Shown piece by piece: positions 1-7,782 of a DNA stretch of 57,495 nucleotides; the first letter of the stretch is position 1; the number at the start of each line of letters is the position of its first letter. The DNA lies in IMG/VR virus record IMGVR_UViG_3300034071_002361, positions 1 to 57,495 of that record, one strand, 5' to 3'. Source of the DNA: a virus (Duplodnaviria > Caudoviricetes). The position numbers were made by a program, and so were the translations under genes. Under the pieces are notes generated by a model. The model made no database searches. It saw nothing but the letters and a program-made list of their open reading frames with translations, and had not been told where the DNA came from.

Positions 1-523
1 TGCTGACCCAGTAGTTGCGGAACTTCTCGACCTCGTCGTCGAGCTGTGCGCCCCAGAGGCCTCGGCTGTGGGCCGTCACGATCAGGTCTTGGCTCGGCAC
101 CCAGTCGGCCGGTAGGCGCGTCCCTCGGGCGCGCCCTGACGGTTCAGTGATGGTTCCCTGATGGTTACTTGTAGGTTCTGGGGGCACCACGTGCCGGGGT
201 GGGGGGCACGTCGTGCCGGGGTGGGGGGCACGTCGTGCCGGGGTGGGGGGCATCTCCTGCCGGGGGGCACCACGTGCCGGGGTCACGGTGTAGTAGCTCG
301 ACCTGCCCTCCCGGGCGTGGGTCTTCAGGTAGCCACCATCCTCGAGGTCGCGCAGCGCGTTCCTGACGGCGCGCTCACTGAGGCAGGTGCGCCGGGTCAG
401 GGATGCCACGGACGGCCAGCAGACGCCTTCGTCGTTGGCCTGATCGGCAAGAGAGATGATGACGAGCTTCTGCGTGGCGCTGAGTTCCAGCGGCCAGCAG
501 GCACTGAGAATGAAGGTGCTCAA
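1..523 (-). CDS. Phage replication initiator (lambda O-like, N-terminal HTH), 5' part; runs off the window start
   Basis: Manual translation from TTG at 523 (GGAG SD upstream): LSTFILSACWPLELSATQKLVIISLADQANDEGVCWPSVASLTRRTCLSERAVRNAL...RGTRLPADW...EKFRNYWVS; no stop before base 1; contains iterons. Confidence 0.85.
   Translation of the reverse strand, partial: MSTFILSACWPLELSATQKLVIISLADQANDEGVCWPSVASLTRRTCLSERAVRNALRDLEDGGYLKTHAREGRSSYYTVTPARGAPRQEMPPTPARRAPHPGTTCPPPRHVVPPEPTSNHQGTITEPSGRARGTRLPADWVPSQDLIVTAHSRGLWGAQLDDEVEKFRNYWVS
181..283. repeat. Replication-origin iterons (22-bp G-rich tandem units) inside the initiator gene
   Basis: Repeated ggggggcacgtcgtgccggggt units with an internal GGCAC-N3-GTGCC palindrome; position is analogous to lambda ori inside O. 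Confidence 0.75.
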
Positions 524-651
524 GATGTTCTCCACGTGGCCCATGATGGGCCGCTATCGCCAACCCCGTGGGCTAGGGCTGTCCTCGGCTCATGACTTCC
601 GAGTTAGGCGTGCGGCAAACGCGATCGCTCGCGCTGTGGCGGATGATGCGG

Positions 652-927
652 TCAGGCCGCGGCATTGTCCAGCGCCGTGATCTCTGCCGACTCTTTGTCG
701 GCCCGCTCCTGTCCGTGGTACTTCGCGATGAGCCCGATGTAGACCTCGGTCGCGCTGTAGTTGTCCTCCCGGCTCGGCGTGTCGCCGCCCATGCCGGGGC
801 TGAATTGCATGCGGTGGAGCTGCTCGGCGATGCCCCTGCCCTTGGCGCGGCAGCGGTCGGTGAGGCCGCCGCTGTGCCACGAGCAGTAGAACATCCAGTA
901 GCCCATGCAGATGTCGAAGCGATCCAT
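652..927 (-). CDS. Hypothetical early protein
   Basis: MDRFDICMGYWMFYCSWHSGG...; tightly packed in the leftward operon. Confidence 0.65.
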   Translation of the reverse strand: MDRFDICMGYWMFYCSWHSGGLTDRCRAKGRGIAEQLHRMQFSPGMGGDTPSREDNYSATEVYIGLIAKYHGQERADKESAEITALDNAAA

Positions 928-1232
928 CACGCGCTCCCCATCGCGAGCTGGGCTGCAGCCTTGTCGGCCGAGCCCATGCTGGAGTACATGCAGATCACCC
1001 CGAGCGTGGCGATCTCGCCGGTCTCGGGATCCATGATCCTCAGGGTTCCGGCGCGCTTGCCATTCGGCGGCTGCTCGCTGGTGGCGAAGAGGATCATCCC
1101 GTCGGCGCGGACGTAGCCGCCGCTGCCAAGCTCGGTGCGGAAGAACTTCATCTCGTCGGGGCCGAACCAGTTGGCGCGCTTCCACTTCTCGCGGTGGATG
1201 CGCTTGATCTCGGTCATGGTCATGGTCTTCAT
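927..1232 (-). CDS. Hypothetical early protein
   Basis: MKTMTMTEIKRIHREKWKRANWFGPDEMKFF...; GAGG SD. Confidence 0.7.
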   Translation of the reverse strand: MKTMTMTEIKRIHREKWKRANWFGPDEMKFFRTELGSGGYVRADGMILFATSEQPPNGKRAGTLRIMDPETGEIATLGVICMYSSMGSADKAAAQLAMGSA

Positions 1233-1240
1233 TGCTGTCC

Positions 1241-1573
1241 TCACTTCGCGTCGTGGATGTAGTGCGTTTTGCTTCGATTGTCCTCGAGCCACTGGTTGGC
1301 CAGCATCATTGCCTTGGCGTGCTGCTTGCCGTCGACAACGCAGAGCCACCGCTTGCCGCAGAAAGCGTTGCTGCTGCCGCCGTAGCGCGTGCGGGTCGAG
1401 ATGCCGACGGTCTTGAGCCAGCGCTGCAGCTCGCGGATCTCGTGCTTGACCCGCGGCGTGGGGCAGGGGCTGTCGCTGGCCGTGCCTGTGTCGCTGGCGC
1501 CGGCGATGGCCGGGCCCGGGATGGAGTAGCCACGCCATCCATCGAGGCGGCGGTATCGGCTGGGGATTCGCAT
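1241..1573 (-). CDS. Hypothetical early protein
   Basis: MRIPSRYRRLDGWRGY...; GGAGG SD, overlaps upstream stop. Confidence 0.7.
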   Translation of the reverse strand: MRIPSRYRRLDGWRGYSIPGPAIAGASDTGTASDSPCPTPRVKHEIRELQRWLKTVGISTRTRYGGSSNAFCGKRWLCVVDGKQHAKAMMLANQWLEDNRSKTHYIHDAK

Positions 1574-1875
1574 CACACGCCCTCCATCGCAGCGGCCCAC
1601 TCTTCGCCCATCTTCTCGACGACGAACTCGCGGCTGCCCTTGGTGCCTTCCTGCACGTCGGTGCGAGCCGGGATGACGTTGCCCCAGTAGTCTTTCGCGC
1701 GGCTCGTGCCGAGCATGCAGTAGCCGTTGTCGATGGCGGCCATCATGGCCCGGCCGTAGCTGCCTTGCAGGCTCCAGCACCCGTCGTTGATCGCCTTCTG
1801 GATCGACTTGTAGTAGTCGAGCTGGCTGCAGTCGTTGTCGGTTTCGATGTTGTTGACGTCGTTCACGGTCAGCAT
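1573..1875 (-). CDS. Hypothetical early protein, first gene after promoter P1
   Basis: 100-aa ORF with AAGGAG SD. Confidence 0.75.
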   Translation of the reverse strand: MLTVNDVNNIETDNDCSQLDYYKSIQKAINDGCWSLQGSYGRAMMAAIDNGYCMLGTSRAKDYWGNVIPARTDVQEGTKGSREFVVEKMGEEWAAAMEGV

Positions 1876-1886
1876 GTCGTTCTCCT

Positions 1887-1942
1887 TGGCGGCCCATCCG
1901 CCAGTTCCAGAATCATAGCACGGCCCAGTGCCGTGTTGTCAA
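1887..1942 (-). promoter_or_regulatory. Early promoter P1 with operator and leader hairpin
   Basis: TTGACA (1942-1937), 19-bp spacer containing CACGGC-N5-GCCGTG, TATGAT (1917-1912), then hairpin TGGCGG-ATGGG-CCGCCA before the SD. Confidence 0.85.
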
Positions 1943-1944
1943 GT

Positions 1945-1973
1945 AAAAGAATGGGGCTGGTTTCCCAGCCCCA
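1945..1973 (-). terminator. Intrinsic terminator
   Basis: Minus strand TGGGGCTGG-GAAA-CCAGCCCCA followed by TTCTTTT. Confidence 0.8.
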
Positions 1974-2047
1974 CCCCGCTTCACCGGAGAACCCATCCCT
2001 GCGTTAGGCGCATGTCGACGCCCCCCTACTCCGGAAACCAGAGGCTG

Positions 2048-2311
2048 CTACAGCAGCCCATCCCGCACAAGGTGGTCGCGCAGGTGCTCGACCAACCCGT
2101 CGTAAACCTTCGGCCGGCTGACGTGCAGCGTCTTGGTCGTGCCGCACGGGCACTCGAGGACAACCGCATGCCACGGCGTGTTGCGGTACTCGCCCGGGGT
2201 GCGGACGGTGTAGTCGCGGATCTGGCTTACGCCGAACCCGAGCTTCTCAGCCGCGTGGAGGATCTCGTACCGGGCGCGGTTCGTTGCGTGGTCTTTGCGC
2301 ATCAGGTCCAT
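2048..2311 (-). CDS. Hypothetical protein (CxC motif)
   Basis: 87-aa ORF in a packed operon. Confidence 0.6.
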   Translation of the reverse strand: MDLMRKDHATNRARYEILHAAEKLGFGVSQIRDYTVRTPGEYRNTPWHAVVLECPCGTTKTLHVSRPKVYDGLVEHLRDHLVRDGLL

Positions 2312-2508
2312 CCGAACTGCCCCCTCTCGATTGCCCGCTTGTGAATCCTGATCTGCTCGAGCACGTACTCAGCCCGCTCTCTGGCAGCCGGGTGGTGCAT
2401 GTTTTCGCTGCCGTTGGCCAGCTTGTTGTTGGACTTGCGGATTGTTCTGCGCACGTAGGATTCGAGCGCCTCGAACAGCTTCAGCGTTTCGTCGTTGGAT
2501 TGGATCAT
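2302..2508 (-). CDS. Hypothetical protein
   Basis: MIQSNDETLKLFEALESY...; ATGA overlap with upstream gene. Confidence 0.6.
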   Translation of the reverse strand: MIQSNDETLKLFEALESYVRRTIRKSNNKLANGSENMHHPAARERAEYVLEQIRIHKRAIERGQFGWT

Positions 2509-2606
2509 CGCCAGCTCCCGGCGCCGAGCGCCACGTAGAAGAACGCCCACGCCAGCGGCGCAAACAGCACGCCGCCGATGATGTACTTCCAGTCGCCACG
2601 CTTCAT
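2505..2606 (-). CDS. Small membrane peptide
   Basis: MKRGDWKYIIGGVLFAPLAWAFFYVALGAGSWR; one TM segment; AAGGAG SD; 4-bp overlaps at both ends. Confidence 0.6.
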   Translation of the reverse strand: MKRGDWKYIIGGVLFAPLAWAFFYVALGAGSWR

Positions 2607-2872
2607 GGCTTCACTCCTTCGGTCGTCGGTGCAAACAGGTCGCGCAGCTCGCCGGTCTTGCGGTCGATGCGCTCGTGGATCATCCCGACCTCGGCGATGA
2701 GGTCGCGGTCGGCAAGCTCCATCAGGCCGGTGAGGTCGATCCCAGCCTTCCGCTGCGCGATCAGCAGCGAGACGGTGACGTCGATCATGGCGGGCGGTGA
2801 CGCCTCGCCAGACGCAGCCAGAGCCGCCCTGTGGCGCTTCGCCAGCGCCATGGCCCATCGCCCCGGGTTCAT
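2603..2872 (-). CDS. Conserved phage hypothetical protein (DUF6874-like)
   Basis: IDLTGLMELAD...GMIHERIDRKTGELRDLFAP pattern. Confidence 0.55.
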   Translation of the reverse strand: MNPGRWAMALAKRHRAALAASGEASPPAMIDVTVSLLIAQRKAGIDLTGLMELADRDLIAEVGMIHERIDRKTGELRDLFAPTTEGVKP

Positions 2873-3075
2873 CGCGTCACCGCCTTGCTGGCCTCGTCGT
2901 GGGCCTTCAGGGCCATGCGGGCGTACAGCACCTCGCCCGGGCTGTGGCGGCCGAGGCCGCCGGGGATGCGCAGATCCTTGCAGGCCTGCATCAGCGAGGC
3001 GTCGCTCGAGCCGCGGTACGGGACCAGCAGGAGCCGCAGCGCGCGGGCCATCATGTCGGCGGGCGTCTCGCTCAT
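2869..3075 (-). CDS. Hypothetical protein
   Basis: 68-aa ORF with ATGA overlaps. Confidence 0.6.
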   Translation of the reverse strand: MSETPADMMARALRLLLVPYRGSSDASLMQACKDLRIPGGLGRHSPGEVLYARMALKAHDEASKAVTR

Positions 3076-3479
3076 GGGATCAGTCCTGCCTTGCGCGCCT
3101 CGGCCAGCCAGCGGTTGGCGTGCTCGGCCTTGCGCTCGTAGCCCTCATACGCCGAGGCTCCCTCGACGTAGTCGCGGATGACGGCAATGTACTCGCCGGT
3201 CATCTCGCGCAGCGCAATCGCGAGCTGCTTCGCCATGGCCTCGTAGTCCACGACCTCAGCAGGCAGGAGATCCAGCGGGTTTTCTCCGAGCTTGTAGGTC
3301 TTGTCGTAGACGCCATCGGCGGCCCAGCTCTCGAGCGTCTCGCGGCCCTCGCTGTCGGTCATGATTCCGCAGACCGAGTAGTGGCTTTCGGGGTTGGTCA
3401 TGTGGTGGATGATCTTGACGCTCAGGCCGCAGCGGGTCTTGTAGCGCATGCCGACGGCATAGGGGGTGGTCTTGGACAT
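3072..3479 (-). CDS. Hypothetical protein
   Basis: 135 aa, AAGGAG SD; YKTRCG..VKII...W.ADG...NPLDL phage-type motif. Confidence 0.7.
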   Translation of the reverse strand: MSKTTPYAVGMRYKTRCGLSVKIIHHMTNPESHYSVCGIMTDSEGRETLESWAADGVYDKTYKLGENPLDLLPAEVVDYEAMAKQLAIALREMTGEYIAVIRDYVEGASAYEGYERKAEHANRWLAEARKAGLIP

Positions 3480-3490
3480 GGTCGTCTCCT

Positions 3491-3859
3491 TCAGAGGGGG
3501 TAGGTGCCGTCTTCGAACGCGTCGATCATCTTCACGATCAGGTCGCGCTTGGTGTGTGCCGTCTCAGCATCGGGCTGCTTATCCCAGTCAGGCACGGTCC
3601 AGACCCAGCCGGGGAAGTTCGGGTTGGCCACCGGGCGAAGGACCGGGTAGCCGGGGTACTCGTCGGCCGCGGCCTCGAGCGCGGCGTCGATGGCGAGGTT
3701 GTTGCCGTCGTAGTCGTCGGCCATCTCGACCAGTCGGTCGATGACCTCGGTCAGGTTCCACGTCTTGAGCATCTCCGAAGGCGCCGGGTAAATCTGGTCC
3801 TCGGCGGGGAGGCTGTTGTAGACCACGTCGAGCATGGAGGCGAGCTTGGGGTTGTTCAT
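3491..3859 (-). CDS. Hypothetical protein
   Basis: 122 aa, GAGGAGG SD. Confidence 0.7.
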   Translation of the reverse strand: MNNPKLASMLDVVYNSLPAEDQIYPAPSEMLKTWNLTEVIDRLVEMADDYDGNNLAIDAALEAAADEYPGYPVLRPVANPNFPGWVWTVPDWDKQPDAETAHTKRDLIVKMIDAFEDGTYPL

Positions 3860-3862
3860 GGC

Positions 3863-4096
3863 TCAGGCCTCCTCGATCTTGACGTTGACCTCGACGGCCT
3901 CCCACTCGTGGTAGGAGTCCTTCACGCCGTGCATGTCGTTGCTTGCGATCTTGATCATCGCAGCGTGAGCCGAGGCAAAGACGCTGAACAGCTCGGCCGT
4001 TTCGATCTCGGTCGTGATGCCGCCGTGCCACGCGACGTACACGTCGTTGTTGAAGTCCTTCCTGATGGCCGTGGCCTTGACTACGTAACGCTTCAT
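3863..4096 (-). CDS. Hypothetical protein, first gene after P2
   Basis: MKRYVVKATAIRK...; AAGGAG SD. Confidence 0.7.
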   Translation of the reverse strand: MKRYVVKATAIRKDFNNDVYVAWHGGITTEIETAELFSVFASAHAAMIKIASNDMHGVKDSYHEWEAVEVNVKIEEA

Positions 4097-4108
4097 CTCG
4101 CTCTCCTT

Positions 4109-4164
4109 GGGGCGGCCCATCCGCCCCGTTGAGAAGATAATAACACGGCCCAGTGCCGTGTCAA
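4109..4164 (-). promoter_or_regulatory. Early promoter P2 with operator and leader hairpin
   Basis: TTGACA (4164-4159), CACGGC-N5-GCCGTG (4144-4160), TATTAT at 16 bp or TATCTT at 19 bp, hairpin GGGGCGG-ATGGG-CCGCCCC. Confidence 0.82.
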
Positions 4165-5258
4165 GAACCCTGATGAATCTGGATCTGGGCTGCCAGCGCC
4201 TTGTAGGCGTCGGTGCGGCTGGCGCCGCGGCTGGCCAGCTCGGCCAGCGCCAGCTTGGCGGCGTCCAGCAGGCTCATGGCGTTGAAGCGGGCGCGCTCCT
4301 CGGCTTCGAGGCGGGCAGCCTCGGCGGCCTCGGCACGGGCACGCTCCTCGGCCTGAGCGCGCTCGGCGGCTTCCCGGGCGGCGCGCTCCTCGGCAGCCTT
4401 GCGCTCCGCCTCCTGCCGGGCCTCGCGCTCAATGCGCTCGCGCTCCGCGGCCTCGGCCTGCTCCCGGGCACGGATGGCCTCCTGCTCGCGCTGGACGCGC
4501 TCCAGCTCGGCGCGCTGCTCGGCCTCGGCCTTCTCGCGCTCAGCCTTGGCCTGCGCCTCCTGAGCATCGCGGAGGGCCTTCTCGGCCTCCTCGATGCGAG
4601 CCCGCGTCTCCTCCTGCTGCCGGCGCAGCTCGGCCTGCTGGCGCTCCAGCTCGGCGCGCTCGGCCGCCATGCGGGCCTGCTCGGCCTCGTGGGCCTCCAT
4701 TTCGTCGGCCATCTTGCGCAGCTCGGCAGCAGACTCCTCGGCCGCATCTGCATAAGCCCGGCGCTCGACGTCGGTGAACTCCGAAGTATCGGCGCCCTGC
4801 GTGGCAGAGATCAGGCTGGCAAGCTGCTCGCGAACAGCGGCCGAGGATCGACCAACCGAAACGGTGACGAACTGGCGGACCCGGCGCATGCAGGCATCGA
4901 CATGGTCGCGGCGGCGCTGCTCGCGCTCAGCCGCCTCGCGCTTCTCGCGCTCCTTGCGCTCCTGCTCGGCCTTGATCTGGGCGTCGATGGGATTCTCCAG
5001 CGCCTCCAGTTCGGCGGTGATGCGCTTGGCCTCGGCGTCGATCAGCTGGCAGCGGCGCAGCGCCGGCTCTTTGATCTCCTTGCGCTTGGCCTCGAGCGCA
5101 ACGCGCGTCTCGCGGATCTCGCGACGGGCCTCGATGGCCTTGCGCATGCCCTCGGTCGTGGCAACGGGGAAGACGGCGTTCTCGTAGCGCTGGCGGAACT
5201 CGGCCAGAGCCTGCGCAGTCGGGGTGTACTCGGTGATCTCGGTGGTGATGCTGGACAT
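4161..5258 (-). CDS. Coiled-coil protein (E/A/R-rich; DUF1351-like N-terminus)
   Basis: RVALEAKRKEIKEP...IDAEAKRITAELEALENPIDAQIK followed by long EAR heptads. Confidence 0.75.
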   Translation of the reverse strand: MSSITTEITEYTPTAQALAEFRQRYENAVFPVATTEGMRKAIEARREIRETRVALEAKRKEIKEPALRRCQLIDAEAKRITAELEALENPIDAQIKAEQERKEREKREAAEREQRRRDHVDACMRRVRQFVTVSVGRSSAAVREQLASLISATQGADTSEFTDVERRAYADAAEESAAELRKMADEMEAHEAEQARMAAERAELERQQAELRRQQEETRARIEEAEKALRDAQEAQAKAEREKAEAEQRAELERVQREQEAIRAREQAEAAERERIEREARQEAERKAAEERAAREAAERAQAEERARAEAAEAARLEAEERARFNAMSLLDAAKLALAELASRGASRTDAYKALAAQIQIHQGS

Positions 5259-5292
5259 GGCGTATTCCTTCGATCGGGTTGGTTGAATTCGG

Positions 5293-5703
5293 TTACTGGA
5301 CTGCGGCCTTCGCCGTGTCGGAGATCTTCTGCACCATCTCGGTGACCTTGGCCATGTCCGGGTGCAGCTTTTTCAGCTCGTTGTCGAGGTGAAAAATCTC
5401 AGTCCTCAGTTGCTCCAGCGCGGTGGCCGACTTGCGCTTTGCTTCCTTGATCTCGAACAGTCGCTCGCCATCCGCGGGGTCCATGGCGACGCGGGGCGAG
5501 GAGTAGCCGAGGCCAGCGCCGTACTGGTCCCCGCGCGCCGTGATGCGGATCTCGCGGCCGGCGTCGGTCAGGATCAGCATGCCGCCGTCCTTGTAGTGCT
5601 TGATCACCGTGCAGCGCACGTTGGCGCCGGTCGGGCGGCGCGACAGCAGGATGGCTTCGGAGCCGATGGCGTAGTTGAGGTTGATCGCGTTCATGGAAAT
5701 CAT
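5293..5703 (-). CDS. Hypothetical protein
   Basis: MISMNAINLNYAIGSE...; AAGGA SD. Confidence 0.65.
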   Translation of the reverse strand: MISMNAINLNYAIGSEAILLSRRPTGANVRCTVIKHYKDGGMLILTDAGREIRITARGDQYGAGLGYSSPRVAMDPADGERLFEIKEAKRKSATALEQLRTEIFHLDNELKKLHPDMAKVTEMVQKISDTAKAAVQ

Positions 5704-5781
5704 GGTGGTGTCCTTGTGTGGGTTGCCGGTGGCGATGGCCACTCGGTGCTGCCCCCGCGGTGCAGGGGCAGGGCCGAGGGG

Positions 5782-6054
5782 TCAGTCGCGAGGAGTGGTC
5801 TTGCCCTTGAGGTCGACGATGTACGCGCGCTCGCGCTCCGACGTCGGCACTCCGACCGGGACGTAGCTCTCGATCTCGTATGGCGCCTCGATGGGAAGCT
5901 CGACCCGCATGCTCACGACGGCAAGTCCGCCGCGCGGCATGTTCGCCTCGATGATTTTCTTGCCTGCCTGACGCGCGACCTTGCGAAGCGCCTCGTCGCG
6001 GGTGGCGGCAACAGAGAAGCCGATGGCGGTGCTGGCGTAGTAGTGGTGCGACAT
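5782..6054 (-). CDS. Hypothetical protein, first gene after P3
   Basis: MSHHYYASTAIGFSVA...; AAGGAG SD. Confidence 0.7.
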   Translation of the reverse strand: MSHHYYASTAIGFSVAATRDEALRKVARQAGKKIIEANMPRGGLAVVSMRVELPIEAPYEIESYVPVGVPTSERERAYIVDLKGKTTPRD

Positions 6055-6069
6055 TTTGCTCTCCTTGAG

Positions 6070-6127
6070 ATGGCGGCCCATCCGCCATTTCCAGTACATC
6101 ATACACGACACCGGGCCGTGTTGTCAA
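6070..6127 (-). promoter_or_regulatory. Early promoter P3 with operator and leader hairpin
   Basis: TTGACA (6127-6122), 18-bp spacer with a one-mismatch operator (CACGAC-N5-GCCGTG on +), TATGAT (6103-6098), hairpin ATGGCGG-ATGGG-CCGCCAT. Confidence 0.85.
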
Positions 6128-6132
6128 CACCC

Positions 6133-6160
6133 AAAGAAAACCCCGCCGGAGCGGGGTCTT
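6133..6160 (-). terminator. Intrinsic terminator upstream of P3
   Basis: Minus strand AAGACCCCGC-TCCG-GCGGGGTTTTCTTT. Confidence 0.8.
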
Positions 6161-6163
6161 CGA

Positions 6164-7207
6164 TCAGCTCTTGGCTTCAGCCCATGGGCCTAACGATGCG
6201 GGCTCGCCGACCTTCTTGGGCTTGAAGGTGGCGACGAACCCGGGGCGGTCCACATACCAGCGAGACTCGCCCGGCGCCAGCCAGTCGAAGCCCGGGTCGT
6301 TCGAGCCCGGACGCTTGGCCAGCAGGACGTGCTCGTCGGTGCCGTTGGTGATGCGGAACTGCTGGACGCCGGTGAAGGTGCCAATCCCCTCAACAACCCA
6401 AACCTTCGGGGGGAAGCCGTTCTCGTCTCCGCTTCCGGTGACCGCGACGCTGTCTTGCGCCAGCAGCGCGTCGCGATCCGCCTCGAGTGTGGCCAGACGC
6501 TCAGCTCGCGTCGGCCGAGCCGGCATCTCCACCACCGGCACCTCGACAGCGCGGCCAGCCATGCGCGCCTCGTTGCGCTCGGCGATGGCCTCGACCAGCA
6601 GTCCGCGAAGGCGGCGGACCTCGGCCGTCTCCGCGGCGAGCTGTCGCTTGCTGGCCAGTGACGATTGCCACATGCGCCGGGCCTTCTTTCGCGCCTTGGC
6701 CGACTCGCGCCTGAGGGACTCGCTGCGCGATTGCTCGGCAGTCAGCTCAGCCTTCAGTCGGTCGGCCTCGTCTTCTGCCCTGACGCATCGGCTCATCGTC
6801 GACACCAACTCTCGGCCGTTCTCCTCAAGAGCGCCGCGCAACTTGTACACCTCGCTGAATTTCTCGCCGAGCTTGCGCGTATTCTCGGCGCTGGCAGCCT
6901 TGGTCGACTCAAGGAGCGCTCGCGATGCAGTGAGCTGCATGACCAAGCCGTCGACGACGGCTTGCCCGCCGATCAGCCTGCGCCACCAGCTGACGGTCGG
7001 GCCCTCGACGACGTGCAGCACGCCCGGCTTACGCGTCGCATGGTTGCCGCTGGCCATCTGCTGCGCCAGATCGCTGGTCTGTCGATAGATCGCGCTCAGC
7101 CCAGCATCGCGCCTCGCGACATCCTCCTGAGCGCGCTCGTTGCGAAGGCGATCGGCCTCCTCGTTTTGCCCTTGCGTTGGATTCCAGCTCACGGCATGAC
7201 CCTCCAC
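6164..7207 (-). CDS. Hypothetical coiled-coil protein (start may be GTG 7192)
   Basis: 347-aa ORF ending just before the terminator. Confidence 0.65.
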   Translation of the reverse strand: MEGHAVSWNPTQGQNEEADRLRNERAQEDVARRDAGLSAIYRQTSDLAQQMASGNHATRKPGVLHVVEGPTVSWWRRLIGGQAVVDGLVMQLTASRALLESTKAASAENTRKLGEKFSEVYKLRGALEENGRELVSTMSRCVRAEDEADRLKAELTAEQSRSESLRRESAKARKKARRMWQSSLASKRQLAAETAEVRRLRGLLVEAIAERNEARMAGRAVEVPVVEMPARPTRAERLATLEADRDALLAQDSVAVTGSGDENGFPPKVWVVEGIGTFTGVQQFRITNGTDEHVLLAKRPGSNDPGFDWLAPGESRWYVDRPGFVATFKPKKVGEPASLGPWAEAKS

Positions 7208-7392
7208 AGGAAGACGGCGAAGACCACAAGGCCGGCGACGAACAGCAGGTTGCCGGCGAAGAAGACCGCGTCGGCGATGTTGCGGTAGCTCTGCGACGCG
7301 ACATAGGCGATCGGGTTGCTCTTGACGACGCCCTTCGAAAGCGAGCGAAGGATGGCGCCGATGGCGATCAGGATGAATGCGGTAGCAAGCAT
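7189..7392 (-). CDS. Small two-TM membrane protein
   Basis: Two hydrophobic segments; AAGGAG SD. Confidence 0.65.
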   Translation of the reverse strand: MLATAFILIAIGAILRSLSKGVVKSNPIAYVASQSYRNIADAVFFAGNLLFVAGLVVFAVFLWRVMP

Positions 7393-7395
7393 GGG

Positions 7396-7782
7396 TTACT
7401 CCTTGGGGGTGAGGCCGAGTTCTACTCGGGCGGTGTTGAGGTAGAACCGGAGCGTGTCAGCACAGTTGAGCCCGCGCTTTGCCACGTCGTCGGCGTACAT
7501 GCGGTCGGCCAGCGCCTCCGCGCGGCGCTCGAGGCGAGCCCACTCCGCCGCCTTGACCTCCTCGGGGCTCGCGGCGGGGGCAGGGACGCGGTGCAGGTGG
7601 CTGTCCACCACCGCCCGCTCCAGCATCTCGAGCCGCTCCAGTGCGGTGCAGACCTCGTTGCGCAGGGCGATGGCTTCGGCCTGCCGCTGCATCTGGTCCG
7701 GGCTGTGGGCGCCGTAGCGGTAGAGCGAGGCCCTATCGTCCAGCCCGGCCCACGCCCGCTCGCGCAGCGTCGGCCCGGTCAC
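7396..7782 (-). CDS. Hypothetical protein
   Basis: GTG start overlapping upstream stop (GTGA). Confidence 0.6.
   Translation of the reverse strand: MTGPTLRERAWAGLDDRASLYRYGAHSPDQMQRQAEAIALRNEVCTALERLEMLERAVVDSHLHRVPAPAASPEEVKAAEWARLERRAEALADRMYADDVAKRGLNCADTLRFYLNTARVELGLTPKE

Noticed and set aside
82-273. 63-aa minus-strand ORF in the track
   Set aside because: Alternate frame of the initiator; the frame starting at 523 carries the conserved motifs
181-283. Possible CRISPR-like repeat array
   Set aside because: Units are contiguous without unique spacers, no cas genes, and they lie inside the initiator gene; better explained as iterons
2851-2860. Additional GGCCCATC copy of the leader motif
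   Set aside because: Lies within coding sequence, lacks the paired stem and promoter context
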